From NCBI RefSeq assembly GCF_000143415.4, contig NW_003314404.1:248036-312035 (forward strand): a stretch of 64,000 bases of DNA, read 5' to 3'. Source of the stretch: Selaginella moellendorffii. Taxonomy: Eukaryota; Plantae; Lycopodiophyta. Both the position numbers and the translations under genes were made by a program. The notes under the pieces were generated by a model. It saw only the letters and a program-made list of their open reading frames with translations, was not told the origin of the DNA and searched no databases. Each line of letters starts with the position of its first letter. Position 1 is the stretch's first letter. Shown here piece after piece: positions 11,873-23,674 of this stretch.

Positions 11873-14800
11873 CATTTGATATGTCTATGATCATGTATGG
11901 ACTCCTCTATGCTTGGCCACATGGGCCACCCTTTTTGAAGTTAGCATCTTCAATTAGGGTATTTGTTCCCCCGATTTGTTAATCTCACCTAGCAAGTCAT
12001 CTGACCACCGTAACATGGTTCATGCACAAGTGTGAAAATCCTTAACCATCAACTTTCGTTCAAAGCCCTTTCTTTGAACACTCAGGAACCACTTCTCTAA
12101 CTTTGATAGCCTCGCTTCATAGCAAATTTTAAGACCACGTTTTTGCTATGCCACTCTGATTTCATACGCTTTATAAACCATTTACACTTGGCTTTCTAGG
12201 TACTTATTTACCTAAAATTGTCTTTGGGAATCTTCAAGGAACTCTATTCCTTAACTTGCTAAGGCCTCTCCTTTTTGCAAACTTTCTAATTATAATATGG
12301 ATAATTCCATATTTAAACTTTTTATGGCATCATGGTTACTAATAACAAACTACTCGAGCCCCCACTTGATTCTTCACTCCCAACTTGCATAACCACCCTT
12401 GGTTATGCCTTTTTATTCCTATGGTTTGGTTCTATCTTTTTACTATTTGCTTTTTGGCCTCATATGTTTCTTTCGGTCATTCTCCTCTAGACTAGGAGGA
12501 TAGTTTTGCACTTTCTACCATGCTTTAGCAAGTATTCATAAGGATGAACCTACCCGATAGCCTAGGGAGTGGTTCCTCAATTCGGGTATGGTCACCTTGT
12601 AATCCCACACATCAGGATTAATGTTGCTACTTATGGGCCTTTATATGCCCATGACTAACCTTGCCAAAATCCCGTTTTGGCTTTGTCCAATTCAGGTAAA
12701 TAGACTTCTTTTGTTTCTGCAACTTTGGACGTTTGGATAGTATTTTTTATCCATCATTTGCTAAGGACTTAATCCCTTAGACCTTATTTAATACCCTCAC
12801 GACACCAAACACCACTTCCTAGTGTTTTAGAGTGTTTAATGATAGCTTTCTTTAGCAATGAGCATTCCCTTTATGACATTGATTTACTATATCGCAACAT
12901 AAGCAATTTATCCCCCATAAGGATATATTTAACTTCCTTATCATAATAAGAAGTCTTAAGTAATTACCTTCTACCAGTTTAATCAATTATTTTGCACCTT
13001 TTTGCTTAGTTACCTCATAATTGTCAAGTCTTACAACTCATTTCTAGTGCTTCCACACCTCTATCATTATTTTGGGTCACCACACTCTAACCACATGCTT
13101 TCCAGCTTAGGCTATGCCATTCCCATTTCCATTAGGATTCCTTTGGGAAGGGGTTCTCATGACTTGACCTCAAAGCATTATGCCTTGGCACATTCGATGT
13201 CTCCACACCATCAACTCTATAAACCTACCTTTATAACACTTCTTACTTGTGTTTAGGTCTTTGCCAAGACTAATACAGTCGTTTTTCATGCCAACTATCT
13301 GGTAGCATTACACCATATAATTTGCACACAACTTTGTATCAAAGTTGCTTTCTTTTGGGAACCTCTTTCCCATACCTTTAGTATGGCACATTCTACCATC
13401 AATGAAATACCCATTGTTCTCACACTTGGATTTTATAATCCTCCCCATCTTTCATGGGGTACAACACACTTTAGTCTAAATGCTTCCACCAGTCCTTTAG
13501 GACCATTCCTTGGCTCTACTTGAGTTATCTAGCTTTTTAGACTTCACTAATTTGACGACGTATAAGGTCCCATTTTTGAGGTGTTAGCTTGTTAAAATAC
13601 AATTTTTTGTATTCATGTTTTACCTATAAAAACCATTTTTGCAAGTGTTACTCCGACACTTAATTACTCTTTGTTCCATATGGGCTACCTTTGCCCCTTA
13701 GGACTATTTATTCATGTGATGAGAATACCAACTCATTCTCTAAGTACACCCTCAATCCCTTGGGTTGTTCTAGCATTTATTAAAGGTAGCCCCAGCTACC
13801 ATTTCAAGGACTTGTGTCCTCTTTCGTATTTGACCTCCCACGATCATTAATTCTGGTCTCAAATTCATGAGCACCAACCTCAACTATATGAGGATAATCT
13901 TATGACTCCTTTATTATTTTGGAGTCTCTATTTTTCCCGTGATCCCAACTATAGTTATTTATGACAACTATATTAATCAGTTTGCTGAGTCAAACACTCA
14001 TCTAGATCACATCATCAACTCTCTAAGGAAAATCTTATACTGTTCCCAAGATCCCAAAGTCGTTCCCTTATTAGTCATTTTCTATCCACCACATTGCTTA
14101 CAAGTTCACACATAAATTGTAGTGGAAAACCATGTCCTCCCGACCTACTACCCCTTAAGGATAGGCCCACTCCTCGGACCTTCCAATGCCAATACAAGTG
14201 GTGATATACTTAAGCACCAATAAAAGTCGGACTAAGGAACAGCTTCTATACCAAATTGTAAATGACTAATTTTTTCATTCTACTTTAATCACTTAACCAC
14301 ACTTCCAACTATTTGAAAGAGTCTTATTCACAACCTCCATAAGTTCAATTCATGACTTGGGGTTTGCTAACCCCAAGAATGGCATCCATGCCACTCAACC
14401 TTTGCACTTGGTTCAAGTGCTCCACATGTCTGATCCCATGACCGACACCCCAAGGTGGTCACATCGGTGGTCTAACACCATCTACATCAAAGCTCTATTT
14501 CGTTAAAGTGGGAATTGTCATTATCCCACTTGTAAAATAAGGTTTCCAAACCTTTATATAGTATATAAATATAACAAAATTCAACTGCATTGAGGCACAT
14601 GCCATTTTATTTTAAACAAGGAAATGTCTACTCAATCACTTCTCCTCCCCCTGCCACTGCTTCAATTTCTTTCCATCCTTTTAATATTGGCTCAGTTGCT
14701 CCGAGTCTAGGTGGAGCCCAAGTCCCCATTCAATCTTTACTTTCCCTTTATTAATAAAACAACTTCGTAGACTTCCAATAACATGCTGTAACACTTCTAG

Positions 14801-14901
14801 TATAATGCAAATCCTCTCAAAGAATTGTCTTTTAATATTAATACAATGGCATGGAACCCCATGCCATAATAAGTTACATTTTTAAATAAATACATGCCAT
14901 C

Positions 14902-15762
14902 TCAGACTGTTATTTTTTGCCTCCAACGCCTATACAATAATCTTGGAATTTCATCACTCTCCACACTATCAGGATTTAAACCCAATAGTAATGCCATCTC
15001 TTCTCTAATACGTCCACGCTCATGTTCAGTGGTCGAAGAACCCATCCGGTTGAGCAGATTATGGAGATGCGGATAGTGCTTGGCTAGACAATATACATGC
15101 CATAAATGATGACTGGTGTCTGTCCGATCAAATGGCTTCTGATATACCGTTCCATCTGCCATTTGGTTGATTTCTGCAGCCACCTCCTGGACTGGCCGGT
15201 TCTCTATCACCATCGCTTCAAGCCGTTTTGCAAGGTCCCCCAGAACATACGGTTTCTTCTCCCTAGTTTCCATACTGCAAGAGATGGGGTGCACTGCATA
15301 TGTGTGCGTGTTCGCTGCAGTTTTAATCGGCGAGTCATCGATGATGAGGATTTCACTTGACCTAGCAGTCCGGTTCATCACTACAGCCTCTGCCTTGACG
15401 AAGATGGGCTTGCTACCCCTCACATGGACCATAGTCAAGCAATCCTCCTGCGTTAGGAGAAAGTCAAATGGTAATATTACTCGCGTCTGATCGTGCATCA
15501 TCTGTAGCAACATTAATGCATTGTGGCGCATCATGGATGTCCAAACTCCCAATTGCAAATTGAACCCGGCCCTCTGTTTTAAGTGTCGCATGGTCATTAT
15601 TAGATCCCGCAGTTTCTCCCGTGTGATTAATGTGAATCTGTCTCTTTTGACCAACTTGCGACCGCAGGCTTTGGAGGGTGCAGTGACATTCGAGGACGAG
15701 CCACGCTCATGGGAGAAAAGGACACCGTTCAGATAAAAAATGATACAGTACTTTCGCCGTGA
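14902..15762 (-). CDS. FCP1/SCP-like (NIF) HAD phosphatase domain, probable last exon of the cargo gene
   Basis: IIFYLNGVL (DLNG motif with D>Y), GVWTSMMRHN, QEDC, KPIFVK, ILIIDDSPIK..N. Confidence 0.7.
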   Translation of the reverse strand, partial: SRRKYCIIFYLNGVLFSHERGSSSNVTAPSKACGRKLVKRDRFTLITREKLRDLIMTMRHLKQRAGFNLQLGVWTSMMRHNALMLLQMMHDQTRVILPFDFLLTQEDCLTMVHVRGSKPIFVKAEAVVMNRTARSSEILIIDDSPIKTAANTHTYAVHPISCSMETREKKPYVLGDLAKRLEAMVIENRPVQEVAAEINQMADGTVYQKPFDRTDTSHHLWHVYCLAKHYPHLHNLLNRMGSSTTEHERGRIREEMALLLGLNPDSVESDEIPRLLYRRWRQKITV

Positions 15763-17706
15763 CTTTGAAATGAAATGCGTCAGCATAAAAAATGGTACAA
15801 GTCAATTTTACCATCTACATTATTAGTGAATGGTGCTCCCGATGGTCGTTCAGAGGGTTTTGGTCGAGGAAACGTGAAGGGCGGAAATACTCTCCTCTGC
15901 AATGTGGGGTCAATCGCATCTGATGGCGTGTGGGCACATGCCATTTCAGCTGTAGACTCTGGTACAACTGGCTCAACAGTGGCATGGGGTGGTTCCGATG
16001 GCGTGTGATCACACGCCATTTCAGCTGGTGCCTCCGTTGGCAAAGTGGACATGACCGAACAGGCAGCAGGGGCGGTGTAGGGAGGTTCCAACGGCGCGTA
16101 GTCAGACGATTGGGCACACGTTGGAAATGAGGATACGACCGGCTCGGCGGCTGGGGCGGCCTCATGCGGGTCCAATGGCGCCTGGTCACCGTCAGTTGGA
16201 TACGTGGACAAGATTGACTCAGTGGTATGGGCAGCATCAAGTGGAGCGTGGTCAGCTTGCTTGGCGTTGATATGGATAGTAGCCTCCACCAGCTCTGATG
16301 ACTCTTGCAGGCAAGTAGAGTCCACTGGCGGATCCATATGCATGTCCAAATATCTCCCTTCGATTGAGATGGTATCCTCCCGTGCTACTAAAAACAAACT
16401 CATTAGCACATTGAATCGACTATACTGTATTTACCATCAATTGCTATTGAGGAACTAGGACCGATATCACTTGGGCGCACTGCTGATTCTGAAGGATTGG
16501 ACATACGTTTCGACCCTTGCTTGGCACTATCCTTCCTCGACACTAAAGGCTAGAGTTTGTATCTTAATTCAACTGAATAATCTCTACTTACCATTTCTTC
16601 TGCGACCTACATGGACAATGTTAGAAATGGTAAAAGGTTAGGAATGGATGTACTATTATTTACCTGATGGTTTGTCTTGTATGACCTTCCTCCGCTGCTC
16701 TTTGGCCACCTCAGGCTGGCCATCGTCGTCATCATCGTCATCGTCGTTATTGTGATCGTCACCATTGTGAGGACCATCCAAGTCCTCTTCATCCTCCTCT
16801 TCTTCATCCTCCTCTTCTTCGTCCTCCTCTTCTTTGTCCTCCTCTTCGTCCTTCTGCTCTTCCTGCTCATTATCTTTCTCTGGCTCCTCATCCCCCTCTT
16901 GCATTTCTTCCATAGGCTGCTCAGGCTGGATTGCTTGTTTTTCCAGGACCATCTTGGAAAAATCATCTGGCCGAGTCTCCATCTCAAAATACAAGACATC
17001 CATAGCCTATTTTAGTGCGTGACCTAGGACCGTATCCTCACCCGACTGTCTTAACATGGTTTCTGCACGTTCTTGCACCCTTCGAAGACGACGAGATGAG
17101 AAAAACGTGGCCCTGACTTGAAAAGCATCCCTCATCCATTGTACCTCTCCATTGAGATTGGGGAAGGGGAGTCCGCCATAGGAATCTGAGTCAGAAGGTG
17201 GTGACTGGCTCCTTTCACTCAGCCCTTGATCTGCAATGAATGGCATGAGCACACACGCCATAACCGCGAGGCATTACCTATCATCTTTTCGTTGCCCTTC
17301 TTCCTTTTCGAATCAAACGCCTCTGATCCCGACGACTGTCCAACGTGCTTTCGCTTTTTATGACCACTGTCAGTTTGAGCTTGGCTGGTGCTTGCCTGTT
17401 TTGCCTTTGAAGGAGTGTCTCCTGCAAGGAATGGCATGAGACCACACGCCATTGCAAATATAATTTGTACCTCCTTTTTTCCTATTGCTTGTCTGTTTGT
17501 CCTTCTTCAACGCGCCACCAGTGCGCTTTTCAGTCCTCGTGTCTGAATATTCACAACGATCTATAATCAAAATGGCGTGAGGCCTCACATGACCTTACCT
17601 TGTGCAGGTTGTGACCTCGGCCTAACATCAGTAGCTGTTAACGCCGTTTCAGCATCTGGGGGTGGCCACGCTCCTGCATACAGAGCTTGTGAGATAACAT
17701 TTAAAC

Positions 17707-20286
17707 TTAAAGTGCGTACTCACCAGGTTCGTAGAGAAGATACTGTTTTTCTTTGGCAACTGTAATTATATGCTCCATTGAAGTCACCTCTTCAATGGAG
17801 TTTGTCACCGCAACACACGGGACACCCTTGAGTAGTGCGGCTCGAAAGAATAGTCCGCCGTAGTTGTACTCGACAACGCATTTGCCCTTGGAGTCACCCG
17901 CTATTGCGTTGAAGACCCAGCTGAGCATTTCCCATGCTGCACCTGGAGCTTTCTTTGGATTCGAAAGCTCCATAGCCGTCTTCAGTTCCTCAGGCACGGG
18001 TAAATTGACCTCCCTCAGATCAATTCGATCGGCTTTGTTGAACGAAGCTGGGAAGTCACTCCAGTCCCACTCTGCTGCAGGACCAATAACAAGGGCGACT
18101 GTGAAGATGCGGACATTCGTCGGTATCTTCTTCTTAGCCATTATCCCATGGATCTCCCGCATCTCCTTGCCTTTCAACCGAGCCTTCACCTCGTTCAAGG
18201 CCTTCCAGAACTTGTGATAGGATTCGGAGTCGTAGATCATATAGTGGACTGAAGATTCCACCTCCGCAAGTCCCACCATTAAGTCAATGATGGAGCTGAC
18301 TTCGTCTGCATGAGTGATCTCCTCGTTTGTGAAGTCCATCACACAAAAGATGTTCTTGACCTGCTCATCTCCGCGGGAAACGATGCTCCTCCACCTTTGA
18401 TCCTCATCCGAATTCACGTATACCCGGTAAGGTTCTCGATAGGCCTCTGCTGCGGGGTCGAGCTGTTTCTGAAGCCGGCAGTCAACATCCCTCTTAATGA
18501 AATTTGGATACTGATCCAACTTCTCAGCTTTACTTTTCGTGGCATCCCGCAGCAGATCGATGAACTTGGGGGCCCCCTTCACGTACTCGTCGATGTCTTC
18601 ATTTGACAAGTCCAGCTCTTCCATCATCTCTTGCGTGGTGTCGATGCTCACCCTCGCCACGGCCACTTGCTCGAAGATCAAATCCTTCAATAGCGCACGA
18701 GCTCTCAGAGTCGTGCACAAGTCCTCGTATGTCACAATATGGCCGGGAGTCATTTTGGTCTTGTTGAAGACTACCTCACCACGTAGAAGAGCATTAGCCA
18801 CTGTCAGAAGGTCGTCGTCGTCTAGAGACCGCGAGAAACGCAAGGCGTTGAGCTTCAAATCATTGGGCTTCCGGCCGTCCTCCACACCCATTGAGTTTAG
18901 CAACTCCCCGTCATGGTACCTCCTTAGCACATCTACCCATTTGTCAAAAACAACTTTTGTCGCGAGTAGAATGTTATGGATGCTGAGTGTGTCATTGACC
19001 CCCAGTGTTTTCGAGAGAAGACTCGAGAATTCCTGCAATGGAAATGGCGTGAGGCCACATGCTATGCCACATACAACGAGGCTTACCTGCCAGGCGCTAG
19101 TTGCTAGTGCACGTCCTTGTCCTGGTTTTTGTGGCTTCTTCAGTTGAACCCAGAGCTTCCGTGTTCGTGCCAATGTCTCGTGCAGACCCGATTTGTAGCA
19201 CGTTTCTTGCTTGACATTCTGCGCGTGGGAGATGTATATGATAGATCGGAGGGGCGAGTTGCCTTTTATCAGGCGGACAACTCTTGTCTTGAAGACTTTC
19301 TTCACCTCCTCGCCCACCATAATATCCACAACTATCTGTTGCATCGCCAAGCTAGAATGCTGCCCGGAGACGGCATAGAACCGGATGTTCTGATCGTCCA
19401 ACACCTTCCTATTGATCAAGTCTGGAAACCTCGTCTCGCCCTTCATTGTTCGGTAGTAGGGGATCACGTCTGCGATGTCGGGTGTTACTGGACTTGCCAG
19501 CATCTTCTGCTTCAGTTTCTCCACCCACTCATCAGATACTAGCCTGTGGTTGTATTTGCTTTGGATGTCGATACGGCTCACGTCGATTGTATATACTTTG
19601 TTGGAATAGTAACAAGTACTATTATCTGCGACGATTTTTGCTGCCTCTTCTTGCTCTTTCTGCTCTTTGCGGCTCTTCTTTTTGGTGGGTGTAGTGTTCG
19701 AACCCGAGGCAATGGCATCACCGAGTAGCTTCTTTTTTGGAGCAGCAGAGTCGGACGTCGGCTTGAGCTTGACCACCCTTTTCTGCTTCGGGGTAGTTTC
19801 CAGATCGACCCCCTTCCCCTTCGCTTCGCAAACTGGAGGCACTCTCAACGGCTCAATGTTGGAATATAGTTTTTGAACATCGCCGTAGGTGAGGTCCGTG
19901 GATTCCATGTGATCTTCATAGACCCGCAGCGTCTTTGAAATTGTGGGCCTCCTGGACAACCTCTCCCTAGCTCCCTCTAGGAATTCCTCATAGCCGCTGC
20001 CCCCCTCCGGGAAGCCGCTAGGATGTGCAAGGTGGATCTTGAAGGCGGACGCTGTCTCTACCACAAGTGCTAGTCCATATTCTTGCATGGAACTGCATGG
20101 AGTGTCTGTCACTTGGATGAGGATCCCCATGCATTCTTTTCTCCCACCATCTGTGTTGTACAGCATCAGATCCTCGCCTTCCATCCCGAAAGTCCAACTG
20201 GTGAGCTCCTCCCCCTTCTCTGCATCCACATTGACAGTGGCTGGAAGAAGAACGCAATTCCTCGCCTGTTCAGAAATGCATAACAA
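17707..20286 (-). CDS. Large exon(s) with a ParB/Sulfiredoxin-like domain and a degenerate beta-class DNA amino-methyltransferase-like domain
   Basis: IDVSRID...HRLVSDEWVEKLK...FYAVSGQHSSLA resembles the ParB-N GxHR box. The C-terminal NPKK..MLSW....KCVVEYNYGG.FFRAALLKG..CVAV follows the KP..L...GD.VLDPF.GSG...AA...GR pattern. Confidence 0.55.
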   Translation of the reverse strand: MLCISEQARNCVLLPATVNVDAEKGEELTSWTFGMEGEDLMLYNTDGGRKECMGILIQVTDTPCSSMQEYGLALVVETASAFKIHLAHPSGFPEGGSGYEEFLEGARERLSRRPTISKTLRVYEDHMESTDLTYGDVQKLYSNIEPLRVPPVCEAKGKGVDLETTPKQKRVVKLKPTSDSAAPKKKLLGDAIASGSNTTPTKKKSRKEQKEQEEAAKIVADNSTCYYSNKVYTIDVSRIDIQSKYNHRLVSDEWVEKLKQKMLASPVTPDIADVIPYYRTMKGETRFPDLINRKVLDDQNIRFYAVSGQHSSLAMQQIVVDIMVGEEVKKVFKTRVVRLIKGNSPLRSIIYISHAQNVKQETCYKSGLHETLARTRKLWVQLKKPQKPGQGRALATSAWQVSLVVCGIACGLTPFPLQEFSSLLSKTLGVNDTLSIHNILLATKVVFDKWVDVLRRYHDGELLNSMGVEDGRKPNDLKLNALRFSRSLDDDDLLTVANALLRGEVVFNKTKMTPGHIVTYEDLCTTLRARALLKDLIFEQVAVARVSIDTTQEMMEELDLSNEDIDEYVKGAPKFIDLLRDATKSKAEKLDQYPNFIKRDVDCRLQKQLDPAAEAYREPYRVYVNSDEDQRWRSIVSRGDEQVKNIFCVMDFTNEEITHADEVSSIIDLMVGLAEVESSVHYMIYDSESYHKFWKALNEVKARLKGKEMREIHGIMAKKKIPTNVRIFTVALVIGPAAEWDWSDFPASFNKADRIDLREVNLPVPEELKTAMELSNPKKAPGAAWEMLSWVFNAIAGDSKGKCVVEYNYGGLFFRAALLKGVPCVAVTNSIEEVTSMEHIITVAKEKQYLLYEPGEYAL

Positions 20287-20714
20287 TTAGAGCTGACAGA
20301 TGAAAAGCTAGCAGCTGGAAATAACGTGAGGCCACACACCATTCACCACTGCATCAGATGTCTTGAGGCTGCATCCTAAGATGGCGTGAGGCTACACGCC
20401 ATCTGTAACCGGACTGCACTCGAGAGCCCAATCGGTGCATGCCAATGTTGCTACTGAATGGCATGTGGCCTCATGCCATTTTCTACTTCGTCTAAAAGAC
20501 TTACCATTTGAAGCCGAATGGAGGCTGTGACAATCGAGGCCGGACTCGCTGGCGAATGTGCACTGTGTGTGCAGCAGATCGTAGCAGCAAGGCTACTCTG
20601 CCACTTACAGTTGGAGAGTGGCGCTGAAATCTCCCGGGACGCCAAGTGGGCTGCATGTGGGTGGCGGAGTGGGCGGCGGAGTTGGCGGCGAAGTTACAAA
20701 CTGGGTGTGTCTTG

Positions 20715-20890
20715 AAGTGGACGCCGATGCACACGAGCGCGATGCGAGCGCGAGTGTGATGCAAGCGCGAGTGGACACCGATGCACACGAGAAACCTGTA
20801 GAGAAGTGAGCGTGATCGCGAGTGGGAGCGCGATGCAAGCGGGAGCGCGAGTGTGATGCGAGCGCGAGCGCGAGTATGCGAGCGCGAGTA
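20715..20890. repeat. CpG-rich GCGCGA/GCGAGTG low-complexity repeats upstream of the cargo gene
   Basis: Direct reading. Confidence 0.75.
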
Positions 20891-21224
20891 CAAAGCAAAA
20901 TGCAAAACCTAACCTCACACGCGCGAAATGTCACAACGGTTGGTAATCCCGCCACGTCATCATTCCTCGGACTTGGGCGCCACCATTAATTTCTGGATTG
21001 CCGCGCGCATGCAAGCACACAAAATCCAAAAGAAATCCACAACGTCATCATTCCTCGGACTGCATGCACGCGAAATCCAAAAGAAAGATCATGATTGGGA
21101 TATCATTTAATACCCTCGCTATATTTATACCATGCATGATTGGATATTCCAAAGCATCTTGTATTTCCAAAAATGGCAGATGTTCAGCTAAATAAAGAAA
21201 TTCTATCTGTTTCTATTTTTCTCT

Positions 21225-22610
21225 CAAATCAATATTATAGCGTGTGGGCTCATGCAATTTTGAACCAAAGAAACCCAAAAAACGTTGGACCCAAAATATT
21301 TTGAAAAAACCCAAAAAACCCTAAACATTTTAAACCCAAAAATCCAGGCGTCCTGTGGCGTTATTCCTTCAATGGCGTGTGGGCGCATGCCATTTTCAGG
21401 GCCAAATGCTGAATGGAGAAAAATTCCCTTTCAGTGCAAATGCTGCAAGAGGCAGATGCCGAGCACAAAGGACTGTAACTACCTCACATGACACAGATAA
21501 ACTTTTCTCTATTTGGCAAAGATAAACTTTATAGCGTGTGGGCTCATGCAATTTTGAACCCAAAAAATGCACCAAAAAATTCTTGGCGTCATCTGGCATT
21601 ATCTCTTGAATGGCGTGGGGCCGCATGCCATTTTCAGGGGCACATAGGAGTATATTCCTAGGATATTCTGACACGCGCGAGATTTTTTTGAGTTTTCTGG
21701 AGATCCAACAGTTAGATTGCAACTAGATTTTACAGAATGGTATACAATGTCTTTCTTGATGACCCTGCAAAGAAGCATCTCGATCGGACACCACATGAGA
21801 CCACACGAGCCTTACAATGTTTCAGGGGCATTTGCCATAGATCCGACCGTTATTTTGCTCCAAGATTTTACAGTTTGGTGTGCATTGACCTTTCCATCGA
21901 AACTGCAAAGGGACATCACAATCAGATGCGGGATCACAAGAAACTAACTTCACTAACTCTGGTTTCACCAAGATCTACGTAAGGAGTTATGAAATGAAAG
22001 GACCCTCTCTATTGAAATGTGTTTATGGTCCTAGGGGCATTGTGACATATCAAAGGATTTTGCATCAAGTTCTGTATTTGCATGTTTATCAAGCTACTGA
22101 ATTGCTAAACCCTAAACCCTAAACCCTAAACCCTAAACATGTGGCAAATGCTGCGTGAAGAAAGATGCCCTTTCTGGGCAAATGCTGTAAGAGGCAGATG
22201 CCGAGCAGATGTATCTCAGGCTAGCGAAGGGGACGAACGAAAGCTAGCTATAAACATGACGGGATGCAAATAGATTACTAGGCTGGTCCTACGAAAATCA
22301 AAAACCATAATTGAAAACATTGAAAATGCAAAAAGAAAGGTTTATAATATTTTTGAATTTTAGGCAACCAAAGGAATGTAAGTAGGGCATGTGTTTGTAA
22401 GTTTAAAAATGCCTCAACCACTTAAATTCCCAAGTAAATAAAGCTATTTCTATTTTTGGTACAAGTAAACTTTATAGCGTGTGGGCTCATGCAATTTTGA
22501 ACCCAAAAATGCACCAAAAAATGCTGGACTAGCATTATTCTTTGAATGGCGTGTGGCCTTATGTCGAGCATTATTCTTTGAATGGCGTGTGGCCTTATAT
22601 TGCCATAAAT
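21225..22610. repeat. Three ~100-150-bp related units (~21230, ~21520, ~22465), each carrying dyad copies
   Basis: TTATAGCGTGTGGGCTCATGCAATTTTGAACC recurs three times. Confidence 0.8.
22105..22138. repeat. Interstitial plant telomeric repeat (CCCTAAA) x ~5
   Basis: Direct reading. Confidence 0.9.
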
Positions 22611-23291
22611 GGACGTACACACACAGCATAATTATTCCTTTACACGGCGAATAATCTTGGCGCGGATCGCTGACATGGCATGGCAAAGTTCGAATCACTG
22701 ACATGGCACAGCTGGATCGAGGCAAGGACATGATGTGACAAAGTTCAACCTCCGACAGCAAAGTCTAGAAGCTACTCAGTTTGAAATTTGTCAGAGGAAT
22801 CATAAGATCTGGTTTGTCAGAGGATTTGATGTGACGTTCAAGCGTGTGTTATTTTTGAATTCTCGAACTCATTCCTAGGTCTATCATTTTTGTGCGCCGT
22901 GTTCTTGGTTCCGCTGAGCGCAGTGAGCGCTGCTTGTGTAAGCGGCGTTGTGGGCTGTGGTTTATGCGTCTACGAGCGGTTGCGGCATTGCGAGCGCCAT
23001 TGCGAGTGGCAGTTTATGCGAGTGGCAATTTGTGCGAGCGGCGCTACGAGCAGTTGCGGTGTTGCGAGCGGCGCTACGAGTAGTTGCGGTGTTGCGAGCG
23101 GCACTGTCTTTGGTGTGGCTACCGCTTCCTCTTGATATTCGGCACTTGTGCTTCCTGGTATGTTCACCATGGAATGGCTTAGGACCACATTTAGAAATGG
23201 CATGAGGCCACATGCCATCTTGGGCCCTTGCAATTTCATGGCTAGCGTATTGTCATGTATGTTTTTACTTGCCTGCAGCTGTGTGTATATC

Positions 23292-23487
23292 AAGATGGCA
23301 TGAGGCCTCATGCCATCTTTGGCCCCTGCTAGCCTATTGCCATATTCCTTTTGCCTTACTGCAACTGTATATATTTTTGTATGGGTGACTAGTCACGCAC
23401 ACAAAAATATATACAGTTGCAGCAAGGCAAAAGGAATATAGCAACAGGCTAGCAAGGGCCAAAGATAGCGTGAAGCCTCATGCCATT
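23292..23487. repeat. ~195-bp near-perfect inverted repeat (hairpin) centred on GTGACTAGTCAC
   Basis: The arms are reverse complements with a few mismatches and are capped at both ends by dyad copies. Confidence 0.9.
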
Positions 23488-23674
23488 AGTGGTACCACTA
23501 ATGGCATGAGGGCTCATGCCAATTTTGTGAATGCGAAATTTCACGTGGGTGTCAATAGCATGTTTGAATAATGGCATGTGGCCTCATGCTATTGAGGTTG
23601 TTTGGTATGTTATGATTTAGGCCATTCTCCAATCATTTTTTGTATGGTCTTAACTTCTTTTCTGCACTTTCAGA

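Larger units (their letters stand above)
14902..20507 (-). pseudogene. Multi-exon transposon cargo gene: ParB/Srx-like, amino-MTase-like fold, basic/acidic linker, FCP1-like
   Basis: GT-AG introns at 19033-19086 (phase 0) and, all phase 1, 17674-17723, 17543-17598, 17422-17470, 17231-17277, 16607-16663, 16543-16591 and 16388-16434 keep the frame open. One in-frame TAG (17007-17009). Probable mutated acceptor at ~15765. Start and 5' exons uncertain (ATG at 20505-20507 precedes a GTAAGT donor). Confidence 0.65.
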
